A stretch of DNA of 63,974 nt, counting the filler. It is 10 parts of 10 records of this genome, joined end to end, with 100 filler letters (N's around TTAATTAATTAA, not from the genome) between each part and the next. Parts side by side here need not be neighbours in the genome. Positions count along the whole stretch, not along the records: positions 51,968 to 60,791 come from SRR7504441_177; positions 60,892 to 63,974 come from SRR7504441_358; 8 more parts are not named here. One strand, written 5' to 3'. Positions 52,574 through 63,974 of this stretch are shown here, piece by piece (the stretch's first letter is position 1; every line of letters starts with the position of its first letter). The notes beneath the pieces were generated by a model. That model made no database searches. It was given only the letters and a program-made list of their open reading frames with translations, and was not told the origin of the DNA. The translations under genes and the position numbers were made by a program.

Positions 52574-55500
52574 ATGCCGGAAGCGTGCGGCGGGCAGGCC
52601 TGGGGGTCTCTGCTCGAGCTGCTGGAGATCGATGGCTCAGTGGTCACGCCTGTCCCCCAGCCCCGGCCCCAGCCTGGCCACCTCCCTGCTGCTGGCGGCG
52701 CGGAGCAGGGAGAATCATGGGCGCTGACCACCAGCCCTTTCACTGCCATGGGCGCGCTGTTGAGCCCGGAAGAGTCGCCACTCGCACCGGATCAACTCGG
52801 ACCGTTCAGTTTCTGCCTGCCAGTGCCGCTCGCCACGGTGGAGGCGCTGGACGACATCGTGTACGACGCGTCGAGCTACCTTTCCCAGCTGGAGCGCAGC
52901 CTCTACAGCACAGGGCTCAATCGCCGGGCACGACTAGGACTGGCCGCACTGCACGCGGCCACAGTGCGGCAGCACAGCCTGCTCGGTTGGCTGCGCGAGC
53001 TGCTGCAGCTGTCGCACAGCCTGCTGGACAGGCTGAGCTACCCCGAGCTGAGCAGCGACAACCTAGCTGGGGCGCTCCGCGAGCTGGCGTACGACACCGA
53101 CGCGTACGTCCAGGCCGAGCTGCGAATGGCTGGCTGCCAGCTCCGGCCTGGCCCGCCGCTGCAGCAGCAGCTTGCTGGTGAGGGTGCATCCGACCTGTTT
53201 CGGCTTCAGCTATTGCACTCGGCGCTGCACAAGATGGAGGCAGCGGCGGCCCAGGACCCGGAGGCCGGCGGGCAGGTGGTCCAGTATGTCGAGCTGCTGC
53301 TCGGGTCGGGCCGGGCCGACGGGATCGCTCGACACGATGCTGAGCTGCCCGAGGAGCAGCAGGCACTCTCGCGGGCGCTGCTGCTGTGCCGGACCAGCTG
53401 CGGGGCCGACTTGGCCGTCTCGCTGCTCCGCCGAGGGTTCAAGCCGCGGCCGGAGATGCTGCTGGCTGGGTTGCGCCAGCTGATCGAGTGCGCGGCTGAG
53501 CCAGGCCGGGTGGGGATTGCGCGGGCTGTGCTGGCGCAGATTGGGGCGAGCGCAGGCAGCGAGTTGGACAGCGCGGCGCTGATGCTGGCGATGGGGTGCG
53601 GGTTTCCGAGCGTGGTGGATGCGCTGGTGCGACACAGCCTGCTGGCGAGCGAGTCGGAGGCGCCGGTGCCGCCTTTCGACGTGCTCCACCTGGCGATGCG
53701 GTTCGATCCGGACCAACTCGGGTCGGCCAGCCAGCTGCTGCTGCACTGCGGCAGCGCGCTGGTGCGGCATGGGGCGGCGCTGCGGGTGAGTTGCCTGGAG
53801 GCGCTGGTGCAAGCCGGGCATTGGGAGCTGGGCACGCTGATGCTCCGGCACGGTGCACCTGTCGAGCCAACGGAGGGGCCACCACTAGCTCATCTGGCGG
53901 CCGACCGCGTGTGCCGCTGCCCAGCGGCGGCAGCGAAGGGGTATATAGATGGGCTTGTGCAGCTTGTGCTGCACGGGGTGGACGTGGACGCCGAGCACGA
54001 AGGTTGGACAGTCGGAGTGAGGCTGGCACTCTCTGGGGCCGACGATGCACTCAATTGGTTTTGGGAGGCCGGAGGGGCTCGGGCAGGGGCGGAGCTGCAC
54101 CTGACACAGTGCCTGGCGGCAATCCGGAGCAAGGAGCGCACGGAGGAGAGCCAGAAGGCGCTAAGTGTGGAACGGCTGGCACAGATGGTGCTGTCAAGCA
54201 ACGCAAGCCGACCGGCACCAGAGGAGCTTGGGCCTGAGCTGCTGCGGCAGCTGAATCAGGTGCCCAGCCGCTGCTGGCTAGTGCTGAGCCAGTCGGGCCA
54301 GGTGGCAGACAGTGGGCCACATCCTGGCTTGCAGCGGCAATTGGCAGTGCTGCGACACAGCCCGGCACCGCAGTCTCCTGGATCCCTGCGGCCTCGCCGG
54401 GTCAGCCTGCCGGCGCTTGACTACGAGGGACCGTCAGTTGAACTGACTGCGGCGATCACGCACCAGGCGGTTGAGCTTGTCCCGCCGTTAGCCAGCCAGC
54501 TGCGGGACCGGCGGGCGCTGCAAGAGTACACGCGCTCAGCAATGAGGCGGGCAGTGCAGATAGGGGCAGTCCGGCGGCAGGAAGGCAGCCTAGCCCGCGA
54601 GAGGCTAGGGACGCTCCAGAGCGATCTGGGCGAGGCTAGGAGCGCGCTGCAGGGTACGCGGCAGCGGGCTGCAGTCTCAATGTTGGGCGAGGCGATTGCC
54701 GAGACAGAAGCTGTGATCAGCCAACAGGCTGAGCGGCCCGAGGAAGAGGCGCTGGCGGCAGGAGTGGTTCGCGCGCTGCTAGAACAGCTCAGAGCTCGGT
54801 GTTCAGAGCACGGCATAGAGGAGGGACTGGGGTGCGAGCTAGTTCGACATGCAGTGGCAATACAGGACACGGCGGTGCTGGAGGCTGTCCTGCGATGCGT
54901 CCATCAGGGCCAGTCGCAACAAGCTGTGCTGCACATGCTTGTACTCGCACTGGTCGGCTCACCCGAAGGGGCAAGGCAGCTTATGGCCCCCATTCGCAAG
55001 CTGCTCAAATGGCCTGAGGCAAATCCCTGCAGAGTGGACCAGTTGCACACTCAGTCGCCACTGCTTCAGTGTGTCAATGAGCTGGCACAGATCGAGCCGA
55101 CTGAAGCGCAGCTGGAAGCGGCGGCAGTGTTAATCAGCCATGCTTCAGCAGAGGGTGGAGTGCAGCAGCAGGCGATTGAGTGGGGGTTCACAGAAGCAGT
55201 GCGAGCTGCTAGGGCTCGGGATGCATCCCGGCTTGTGGTACTAAGGCTGATGCTCGAGTCGACAATGAGAGCGCTTGCTGCGACACGGGAAGCACAGTGC
55301 AGCTGGATTTCCAGGCTCACGGACAAGGGCCGGGCAGCGATGGAGATGGCGTGTGAGGCTGGAATGCTTCAGGTAGCCACGTTGCTGCTCGATCTGGGGG
55401 CTGACTGCACATCGCCTCGGTTGTTTGGGTTGGTGGTGCGCAGCACGAGCGCACAAGGGGAGCTGCAGGGCTGGGCAGCGTTGTGGCCGCGAATACAGCA

Positions 55501-56470
55501 GCATGGCGGGGATCTCAGCGCTGATGGCAACCTGGAGTCGGCGCTGCAGGCTGGCGAGATGGAGCTGCTGAATATGCTTCTTGGGTCGGGGTGCGATCTG
55601 AGGCGGGGAGCACCGGTCTGTGACATATTGCAGGAGATGCAGGAGATCAGGGCATCCGCCCTGGTTGATGGAGTGGAGGTGGGCGCCTCAGAGAGGTGGC
55701 GATTTCTGCAGGCGGCGCTCGATTCGCTTCTGGAGGCAGGGGCGGCTGTGCGACAGCCTAGTAGCAGTGGGTACACAGCGTTGGACTTGGCGCTGTGTGT
55801 TGGGGAGCCGGAAGTTGTGTGGTTGATCGAGTTGGGTGGGGCGAGACGCGGGGAGGGCTACCCGCTGCATGCGTTACTGTCGATGCTTAATAGATTGGTT
55901 GCAGCACAAGGTCTGGTGGCTGAATCGGAGCCTTGGGAGCAGCACTGTGATTACTTGAGAACTACAGCTCGATCCATGGATGCGGAGGCGGCCGGCACAC
56001 CCCCTTCAGCTCTCATAAGCACGGTGGAGCTAGCACAGCGTTGTGGAGAGGCGGAAGTCGCAGTGGTGGCAGGGCAGCGTAGCCAGCTGGCTGGCGCCGT
56101 TGCTCCGACTGAGGCCATTCATACGGGAGATTCAGGACAAGCCCAGCAGTCATATCGTCCCCAGATGAACCCAGGAGAACCACTCCGGTACCAGCTGGGC
56201 TTTAGTGCAGATTGCAAGGTCGCAGTGGTGACCTCAGGAACAGTGCCTGCAGACCTAGTTGCAATGTTTTACGGGGAGAGCACACTTGGAACAAAGCCAA
56301 TCGCACAGCTCCGGCTGAACGGTAATGGCAAGACGGATGTGCTTGTGCAATGTTTGGCAGCTCAATCACCTCTCATTGTTGAGCTGGTCACAAGGCAGGG
56401 GTGGGCAGAAGCCAGATTTTCAGTAGCTTTCAAGGCCTCATCAGAGATTTTCATCAAGCCGCTAGTATGA
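52574..56470 (+). CDS. Large ankyrin-repeat-like helical protein (~1300 aa); single ORF
   Basis: Degenerate ankyrin units GRAAMEMACEAGMLQVATLLLDLGAD, GYTALDLALCVGEPEVVWLIELGG and LVQLVLHGVDVDA. Confidence 0.7.
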   Translation: MPEACGGQAWGSLLELLEIDGSVVTPVPQPRPQPGHLPAAGGAEQGESWALTTSPFTAMGALLSPEESPLAPDQLGPFSFCLPVPLATVEALDDIVYDASSYLSQLERSLYSTGLNRRARLGLAALHAATVRQHSLLGWLRELLQLSHSLLDRLSYPELSSDNLAGALRELAYDTDAYVQAELRMAGCQLRPGPPLQQQLAGEGASDLFRLQLLHSALHKMEAAAAQDPEAGGQVVQYVELLLGSGRADGIARHDAELPEEQQALSRALLLCRTSCGADLAVSLLRRGFKPRPEMLLAGLRQLIECAAEPGRVGIARAVLAQIGASAGSELDSAALMLAMGCGFPSVVDALVRHSLLASESEAPVPPFDVLHLAMRFDPDQLGSASQLLLHCGSALVRHGAALRVSCLEALVQAGHWELGTLMLRHGAPVEPTEGPPLAHLAADRVCRCPAAAAKGYIDGLVQLVLHGVDVDAEHEGWTVGVRLALSGADDALNWFWEAGGARAGAELHLTQCLAAIRSKERTEESQKALSVERLAQMVLSSNASRPAPEELGPELLRQLNQVPSRCWLVLSQSGQVADSGPHPGLQRQLAVLRHSPAPQSPGSLRPRRVSLPALDYEGPSVELTAAITHQAVELVPPLASQLRDRRALQEYTRSAMRRAVQIGAVRRQEGSLARERLGTLQSDLGEARSALQGTRQRAAVSMLGEAIAETEAVISQQAERPEEEALAAGVVRALLEQLRARCSEHGIEEGLGCELVRHAVAIQDTAVLEAVLRCVHQGQSQQAVLHMLVLALVGSPEGARQLMAPIRKLLKWPEANPCRVDQLHTQSPLLQCVNELAQIEPTEAQLEAAAVLISHASAEGGVQQQAIEWGFTEAVRAARARDASRLVVLRLMLESTMRALAATREAQCSWISRLTDKGRAAMEMACEAGMLQVATLLLDLGADCTSPRLFGLVVRSTSAQGELQGWAALWPRIQQHGGDLSADGNLESALQAGEMELLNMLLGSGCDLRRGAPVCDILQEMQEIRASALVDGVEVGASERWRFLQAALDSLLEAGAAVRQPSSSGYTALDLALCVGEPEVVWLIELGGARRGEGYPLHALLSMLNRLVAAQGLVAESEPWEQHCDYLRTTARSMDAEAAGTPPSALISTVELAQRCGEAEVAVVAGQRSQLAGAVAPTEAIHTGDSGQAQQSYRPQMNPGEPLRYQLGFSADCKVAVVTSGTVPADLVAMFYGESTLGTKPIAQLRLNGNGKTDVLVQCLAAQSPLIVELVTRQGWAEARFSVAFKASSEIFIKPLV

Positions 56471-56822
56471 GAGATTTTATTTTATTATAGATGACCAAAT
56501 TTCGCATTACGGAACATACATGTATTGCATGTACTAGCATGTACAGAGTTTTGAAAACTAATGTCAAGTACTTGAGTAAACTTGTACTGTATAATTGTTC
56601 GGCTCACATACATTTCACGTGCATGATGCTCGTTTTGGCACATACATAAGACCAGTTCTCGGCACTGCACAAACAAATAATCAGCCCAGCACCAATCTGA
56701 CGGCTTAATCTTATTCACGGCGCCACTACGGTGCCACTCACTGTGATAAAGCTTTTTGAACGTGTACTTGGATTTGCTGTACTCCCGGCAGTCTGTTCGG
56801 TAGGTTGATGCCCAAGCGGTCT

Positions 56823-57552
56823 TCATGTGCCCTGGTTGTACGCGACACCACAGCTTCCGAGAACTGCTGACCGGGTCCTCTCTACGCCTGCAGCCCCAAA
56901 ATGCTCGTCTGCAGCACGCTGGATTGACCTTGCTATCAGCTGCTTAAATTCAACCCGCTCTCGTTCATGCTGTGCCATACGGGCCACAGCAGCCTGAATC
57001 GCAGCTGCGCTAGCCTCTGATGGATTCCCCACGAGCTCCCCCGTTGCCTGGCTGGGCTTCACGGTGCCTGCAGGGTGCGCAGTCGTCGGTCTCTTCGACT
57101 TCTTGCTAAACAGATAGCTCATCAGCTTGGTGCCCGCGCTGGCTGGCCGCTGCCCTGCAGCACCCACAGCTGCATTGCCCACTGTTGGAGACCCGAGAGC
57201 GCCCAGGGAGCTTCCTGTTGACTGCGACCGCCTCTGAGCAACTCAGCAGCCCGACGTGCGCACCTTGGCCGACGATGGACGCGAAGGTTTGGCCGCAGAC
57301 TTTCGCGATGGACGCCGAGCCTGGGCTGTCGATGGCCGGAATGACACCTGACGCGGTGACTGAGCAGCTGCCAGCGCAGGAATGTCGGGATGGGCACCCT
57401 CGGAGGGACCAGTCCGGTGGCCGAGCTGCGGCTCACGTCCCTGTTGATGTGCTTTGGGCCGGTATCGAAGTGGTTCTGCCGGCAGCAGGGCGCAGTGAGT
57501 CGGGCCAGGCCACTGCTAGCACCAAGTAATATGTGTTGGCCAGCCCCGACAT
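56823..57552 (-). CDS. Hypothetical protein; multi-exon; structure uncertain
   Basis: ATG near 57552, GT-AG intron with CTCAC branch-like site, terminal ORF 56823-57182. Confidence 0.45.
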
Positions 57553-57899
57553 GCGCACGGCCCTCGCGGCGCGGGACGCGCTGTTCCGGCTCCGACCAAA
57601 TTAGGCCACAACGTCAGGGTCAAGCAACCAACGCAACAACAGTGCACCTAAGTTCCCCATTCTCCAATGTCTGGTCTACTAAAGTTGTAGTATAATGCAT
57701 CAGGATGATACTTTTATATTAACTTCGGCGAGCCTCTGCCATGTACCACCTCCGCCAATAGCTACATGACAATCATTGCTTGCAATTGCAACTACAATAG
57801 TCATGTACTCACGTACTCAGTTGTACTGTACTACTCGTCGATCGAAGTCAAGCTGTGCGTCTCAATAGGCCAAGCGGAGCACAGGAGGCGGAATAGTCC

Positions 57900-58845
57900 T
57901 TACATGCGGTGCCGGGTCATAGCCGCCCACCAGCCCTGCGCCTGGGCTCAGCCGAGCTCACCCGGGCTCAGCCACCGCCCCGTGGAGTCCGGGCGACCTC
58001 AAACTCCGGATTCTCATGCAGCGAGCGCCGCCGCCCGTGCCGCTGGCCCAGCCTCAGCTGCTCCTGGACCACCGCCTCCTTGCTGCCCCGCCCTGTCTGA
58101 CCGCTGGCCAGCCCCAGCCCACACCGGCTCTGCTGCAGCGCAAGGTCGGCATTGTTGAACCCGGCGTAGCTCTCGGAAGGGTCGAGCCTCTCCAGCCGCT
58201 CGCCTGCTCACCGCTCGCCACCCGCCCTAGGCAGGCCACATGCCTCGTGGCGTGGACTGCTTCGGCCCGAGGAGCGGATCGTGCGGCAGCGGGGCGGCCA
58301 CCGCCAGCTCCCGCTCGAACAAACCGTCACGGATCTCCCGGCGGTGCTCCCGGTTGGTCGCCCAGTCCTGCTCGGCCTGGGCCCGCAATTCGGCCAGCCG
58401 CTGGCTGATGGTCGGCCCGTACTGCCGGCCGATCAGCCCCGCGCCGCCAGCCAGCCACCGTGTCGAACGAGGTGAAGTACGGTTCGGGCGCCCCACGGGC
58501 CACAGCGCTGAGCGTGTCCTCAGGGTTGTGGTAGCGCGAGGGGAACTCAGGATCATCCACCACCCGCAGCCCGGTCTGAGCCAGCCGGGCCAGCTCAGCC
58601 TGCATCCGCTCGCTGAACTGTACGCCCTCCCGGGCCGATATGCAAAGCTCGAGCTCGCGGAGCACCCGCTGCCGGGCGGCCAGCTCGGGGTGGATCGGCC
58701 CGTCGAGGAGCGGTGCCGCGCCGTACAGGTAGGCCCCCGACGGCACCGGCCTCGGCCCAGGGGCTGAGCCCTCCAGCACAGCCCTCGAGGACTGGTGCGG
58801 TACCTGGGGCATCCTCAAGCGCTGGTGAGGCACCTGCACCTCCAT
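57900..58845 (-). CDS. Hypothetical protein; multi-exon; 3' end uncertain
   Basis: ATG 58845 (MEVQVPHQRLRMPQ); GC3-rich overlapping ORFs joined by short introns. Confidence 0.45.
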
Positions 58846-58888
58846 CGCTGTAACGGACGATTCAACGGCGCCGCTGTCGCTTCCCGGG

Positions 58889-60586
58889 ATGTCGAGCTCT
58901 GTTCGGATCGGAGCGTTGCTGTGCCTTTTGGCGCTCACTGCCGGCGCAGCGGATGACCGGGCGGCAGCGATCGAACGGCTCAAAGCCACGCTGCACACAC
59001 TGCCGCCGGCCGAGGCCGCAGCCCAGATGAAGGAGGCTCAGCTGGCAACCCCACCGCCGCCGCACCAGAGCAAGATTGAGCACTTTGTGGTGCTGTTCAT
59101 GGAGAACCACGCTTTTGATGCCATGCTCGGGTGCATGGACCTGCCTGGCGCTGATGGCATCCCGCCCGAGGGCCGCCTGATTCCGAAAGACCCGCACGAT
59201 CCGTCCAAAGGCAGCGTGAACGTCACGTGCGGCAGCCAGCCGTATGTCTGCACCCAGGGCCCGGGGTACAACCTGTTCTCGGGCAAGTTTGAGCCGGGGA
59301 CCAACGCCTCGTTCTACCCTTATGCCAACCAATCGGACGCTTTCTCGGTGGCCAATGGAGCAGCTGGCCCGTCGGTAAACATGTTCGCTCCTGATCAGCT
59401 GCCGGTCAAATACGCGCTGGCCAAGTCGTTCGGGGTGTTGAACAAACTTTACACCGCCGTGCCTTCAGCCTCCACCCCCAATCACCTGATGGCTCAGAGC
59501 GCGACTTCATGCGGGATTGTGGACAACATCATGTATTCGGACTGCGGAGGCCCGACCGACACCTTCCCCCAGTTCACCATATACGACTCGCTGTATGTGG
59601 ACAACGTCTCATTCGCGCTGTACATGAACTCCACCTGTGGGTTAGTGGTCAACGGTACTCAGATGCCCGAGTGCCACGGCACTGACCCGCACTCCCCTGA
59701 TGCCGGCTCCCCGATTCCAACTCCTGACGTGGCCATGTCTGGCGTCGGCCGGCACAAGAGCAGGTTCATGTCGCAGGCGCGTTTCTACGAGGATGCCCAG
59801 ACCGGCAGCTTGCCAGCCTTCTCCTGGCTGCTGCCACCGATGGAGGCGTGCGACCACCCGTGCCATGATGTGGCCAAGGGCGAACGGCTACTCAAGGACG
59901 TCTACGAGGCTCTCCGGGCGGGCCCAGGCTGGGAGAAGACGCTGCTGATGGTAGTCTATGACGACGCAGGCGGATTCTATGATCACGTTGTGCCACCGAG
60001 TGAAGGCGTCCCGAGTGATGACGCCCCGTGCCACCTGCGGTCCAAGTGCTCGAATACCTCGAATGCGTTCGACTTCCGCAGGCTCGGGCTGCGCACCACT
60101 GCCATGCTGATCTCGCCCTGGATCGCCAAAGGATCGGTCTTCCAGGAGCCGCGTGGACCTCAGGCCAGCAGCCAGTTCGACCTCACCTCGATCCCGGCCA
60201 CCGTCAAGAACTTGTTCAACCTGACTGGCTTCCTGACCAAAAGAGATCAGTGGAGCGGGAGCTTCCACGAGCTGCTGGCTGACCAGCTCCAACAAGACAC
60301 ACCGATGCACCTCCCTGAGGCCCCGGCTCCAGCTTCACCGTGGGGGCCTGTACCCAACATGTCATCATCGTCTCCCGTAGCCCAGCATTGCAGTCTCAAG
60401 ACGCGGCAATGCAAAGGGCCTGCGGCCGTGACCATGAAGCAGCGGACCAAGGCGCTGCTGTTTGCTAGGCTCACCCAGACCCCACTGCCTGACCTCGAGG
60501 GAGATGCTGCCACTGTTGAGCGGTGGCTGACAGCTCGGTGGCTCGACTGGATGACACACACTGCACCCTTCGACTTGTACAACTAA
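58889..60586 (+). CDS. Secreted phosphoesterase / non-specific phospholipase C (NPC-type); intronless
   Basis: Signal peptide, then KIEHFVVLFMENHAFDAMLG, AVPSASTPNHLMAQSATS, DHPCHDVAKGERLLKDVYEALR, YDDAGGFYDHV and FDFRRLGLR...ISPWI...FDLTSIPAT. Confidence 0.92.
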   Translation: MSSSVRIGALLCLLALTAGAADDRAAAIERLKATLHTLPPAEAAAQMKEAQLATPPPPHQSKIEHFVVLFMENHAFDAMLGCMDLPGADGIPPEGRLIPKDPHDPSKGSVNVTCGSQPYVCTQGPGYNLFSGKFEPGTNASFYPYANQSDAFSVANGAAGPSVNMFAPDQLPVKYALAKSFGVLNKLYTAVPSASTPNHLMAQSATSCGIVDNIMYSDCGGPTDTFPQFTIYDSLYVDNVSFALYMNSTCGLVVNGTQMPECHGTDPHSPDAGSPIPTPDVAMSGVGRHKSRFMSQARFYEDAQTGSLPAFSWLLPPMEACDHPCHDVAKGERLLKDVYEALRAGPGWEKTLLMVVYDDAGGFYDHVVPPSEGVPSDDAPCHLRSKCSNTSNAFDFRRLGLRTTAMLISPWIAKGSVFQEPRGPQASSQFDLTSIPATVKNLFNLTGFLTKRDQWSGSFHELLADQLQQDTPMHLPEAPAPASPWGPVPNMSSSSPVAQHCSLKTRQCKGPAAVTMKQRTKALLFARLTQTPLPDLEGDAATVERWLTARWLDWMTHTAPFDLYN

Positions 60587-60791
60587 TGGTCTTGCATTGT
60601 GAGTTAGATTGCGAAATGCCTACGAAATGCCGTCATTCTACAAATGCGGAATCAGTCTGTAGACGTGCATTAACGTGTATTTTATTCCTATCATTTGAAT
60701 CTACATGTCTGAGTACACCGCCACACTACATCACACTAGTATTAAAATTATACTGATGAGTACTTGTACATTTATTAGAAAGTCGGGGCCC

Positions 60792-60891
60792 NNNNNNNNN
60801 NNNNNNNNNNNNNNNNNNNNNNNNNNNNNNNNNNNTTAATTAATTAANNNNNNNNNNNNNNNNNNNNNNNNNNNNNNNNNNNNNNNNNNNN
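60792..60891. other. Artificial contig linker
   Basis: 44N-TTAATTAATTAA-44N. Confidence 0.99.
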
Positions 60892-62789
60892 AGTAGGGCC
60901 GCCATCGGGATCAGCAGCATGATCGCCGCACACATATAAATCTCAGTCGCCACTGGCCCACTCGGCTTATTCGGTGACACCGGCGGACTCTCCGCAGCCT
61001 TGGGCCCGTCCGCCCCGACAGTGTCGCGCCAGGCCCGATCAAACTCATCGGGCGAGATCCTTTCAAACTCGGCAGTGAATTTGATCTTCTCATCCGGATG
61101 CCCTGCGGCGACCTTATGCCGGTGGAACAGCAGCTCCAGCTCCGTGAAGTATCGCCGGTGCAGCAGCGCCACTTGAAGCTCAGACGGCTCCGGCACGTGC
61201 AGCAACGGCAACGGATCGGCCACCGCCAGGCTGATCGGCACCCTGCGTGGGCAGATCAGCCATGCGCCGTACGGGAAGGTCAGAAGGTTGGCCCGGACTG
61301 TCTTCATAAACCACAGCTGCAGTTGGCGGGGGAAAGGCAAATTGTCAAAATAGCGGGCCTCGCCGAACGAGTAGATCGGGATCAAGGCCGCGCCCAGAGT
61401 TAACGCCATTCGGACAAACCCGCGGTGGCGCGAGTTGATGGTGACGGTGTTGGAGCGCGAACTGGAGTCGATCATCTCGTATTGGCCTCCTGGGATGAGC
61501 AGAACAGACTTGCGGTGCTCGAGCGCATTAGAGAAGCCGACACGAGAAACGTCGTACCCGGAGCAGAACTGAGCCTGCAACAGTCACCAGTCAGCAAGCT
61601 GGAGGCCAACTAGTAAGTTCACCAAGTCACGGGCGAACGGTATGGAGTGAATCACAGTAGACGTGAGCGCAGCCGGAGTGACGCCTGGGAATCGATCAGC
61701 CCACTTGGAGGTTAGAGGGGCCCAGCACGCGGTGGTGGGCACGATCCCGTGTGGGTGGAACCCGAAGATGTAACGGCTGTCCGGCTGGAGCTTAGCGCTT
61801 GTGAGCAGCTTGAGACTGAAGAACGGGACGAAATATTTGTCAAACAACTGCTCTTTCAGCCAGCGCTGCGCGGCAGGCCAGGCCCGCCGGCCGCTGGTAT
61901 GGCTGTCCCTGGCGTAAGTGGAGGCGTACCACAGCCCGCTGGCCAGCCAGAGCAGCAGCACGCCCGGGAGTCCGGCGATTGGGGCTATTAGCCGGAGCGA
62001 TATGAGTGCGAGCCCAAACAAGACGAGCTCGGGCTTGCAGATGAAGAAGCAGAACGCGAACCCGATGCAATACGAGGAGAAGTAGGACGGCCGGGGCGGC
62101 CGCTTGTCCCCGGAGCTGTACACGCAGAGCGAGGCTGCCAGCAGCACTTCGCTGGCCAGGCCGAGCCCAGTGGCCGAGCTGAGAGAGGAGAGTGCACCCA
62201 GGTGTGCAGGTATGCAAGAGAGGCAGGCCAGGTTGAAGATACGGGCCAGGTGGCAGAGCAGGTTGAGCCCGAGCAGGAAGAGCGACACGCCGAGCACAGT
62301 CCAGCTCACACCCTGAAGAACCACGAACGCAGCCCCACCCGCCAGCGGCTGGTAGAACCGCCATGACCTGTACCGGGCTCCGCCGGCCCACTGGGTGGAG
62401 AAGGCGGCCAGGCAGAGGCAGGTGATGGCCATCGCGCTGGCCATCATCGCGAACGGATCCTCCAACCCGAGCTGGGCGATCGGGAGCCGCTTCACTCCGA
62501 AGCAGCAGAGCCAGCATAGACCGGCCAGCTGGATCTGCCGGAGGACGAGCACGTCCCAGCTGTGCGCACCGCCGCTGAACCAGGAGTTGGCCAGCCGGTC
62601 GGCCCCGCAGGCCTTGAGCCAGCGGGCGCTCAGGGCCCAAGTGACCACCGGCAGCATCCCGATGGTGACGAGGAGCGCCGCGGACATCAACTCGAGCGAG
62701 TAGTCGGTCGAGAAGCTCCACATCACCAGCAGCGTGGCGCCGACGAACAGCACCACCACCAGACCCAGCCGGAGCGCCGCGCCCACCAT
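60892..62789 (-). CDS. DGAT2: DGAT2/MGAT-family acyltransferase with a long multi-TM N-terminal extension; 3' truncated; at least one intron
   Basis: YIFGFHPHGI, IPFARD, SVLLIPGGQYE, RHRGFVRMALTLGAALIPIYSFGE and LHRRYFTELELLF. Confidence 0.88.
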
Positions 62790-62909
62790 CCTAACCGGTG
62801 CGAGAGCTCGAGCACCGCTCCGGCGGCCCCGGTGCAAGTCGCCCGCCGCTCCGCACGGTGAAGCGGCGTTCCACTCCTCATCAGTTTTTGAACTGTTCGA
62901 CAGTTCGAG

Positions 62910-63974
<1,065 letters not shown>

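Noticed and set aside
3568-60891. Nine regularly structured N-flanked TTAATTAATTAA elements that could look like a repeat family or array
   Set aside because: They are identical 100-bp synthetic six-frame-stop linkers used to concatenate contigs, not biology. ORFs running into them and any cross-linker gene clusters are artefacts.

Overview
This window is eukaryotic and is not contiguous. Ten contig pieces are joined by nine artificial 100-bp linkers (44 N + TTAATTAATTAA + 44 N), so adjacency across a linker means nothing. The DNA is from a gene-dense, GC-rich, flagellated protist whose lineage I cannot identify from this window. It holds about 35 protein genes or gene fragments and one tRNA-Ala(CGC). 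Introns are mostly 30-50 nt, and several clearly have GC-AG borders. Genes mostly alternate head-to-head (43-190 bp between start codons) and tail-to-tail (AT-rich spacers). Recognisable products: FOXRED1, a GH5 hydrolase, CCDC13, a TPK-type channel, CEP44, RhoGAP, IP3 receptor fragments, IQUB, an NCL-type Ca exchanger, a TRF4/TENT4-TPR fusion, a lysine methyltransferase, a FAF-like UBX protein, an M9-type collagenase, a TBC RabGAP, a DDHD lipase, a CPA2 antiporter, sialate O-acetylesterase, an F-box-actin fusion, a JmjC protein, DUS3L, an NPC-type phospholipase C, DGAT2 and a DnaJ protein. Four observations stand out. (1) Several genes are compressed by serial in-order internal deletions; this may be an assembly or polishing artefact or real DNA loss. 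(2) Two palindromic motifs recur in 3' spacers on different contigs: TACATGTA and TACTCG-N2-10-CGAGTA. (3) GC-AG introns are frequent. (4) There are unusual domain fusions and bacterial-type secreted hydrolases. All product calls come from motif recognition by eye, with no database search.
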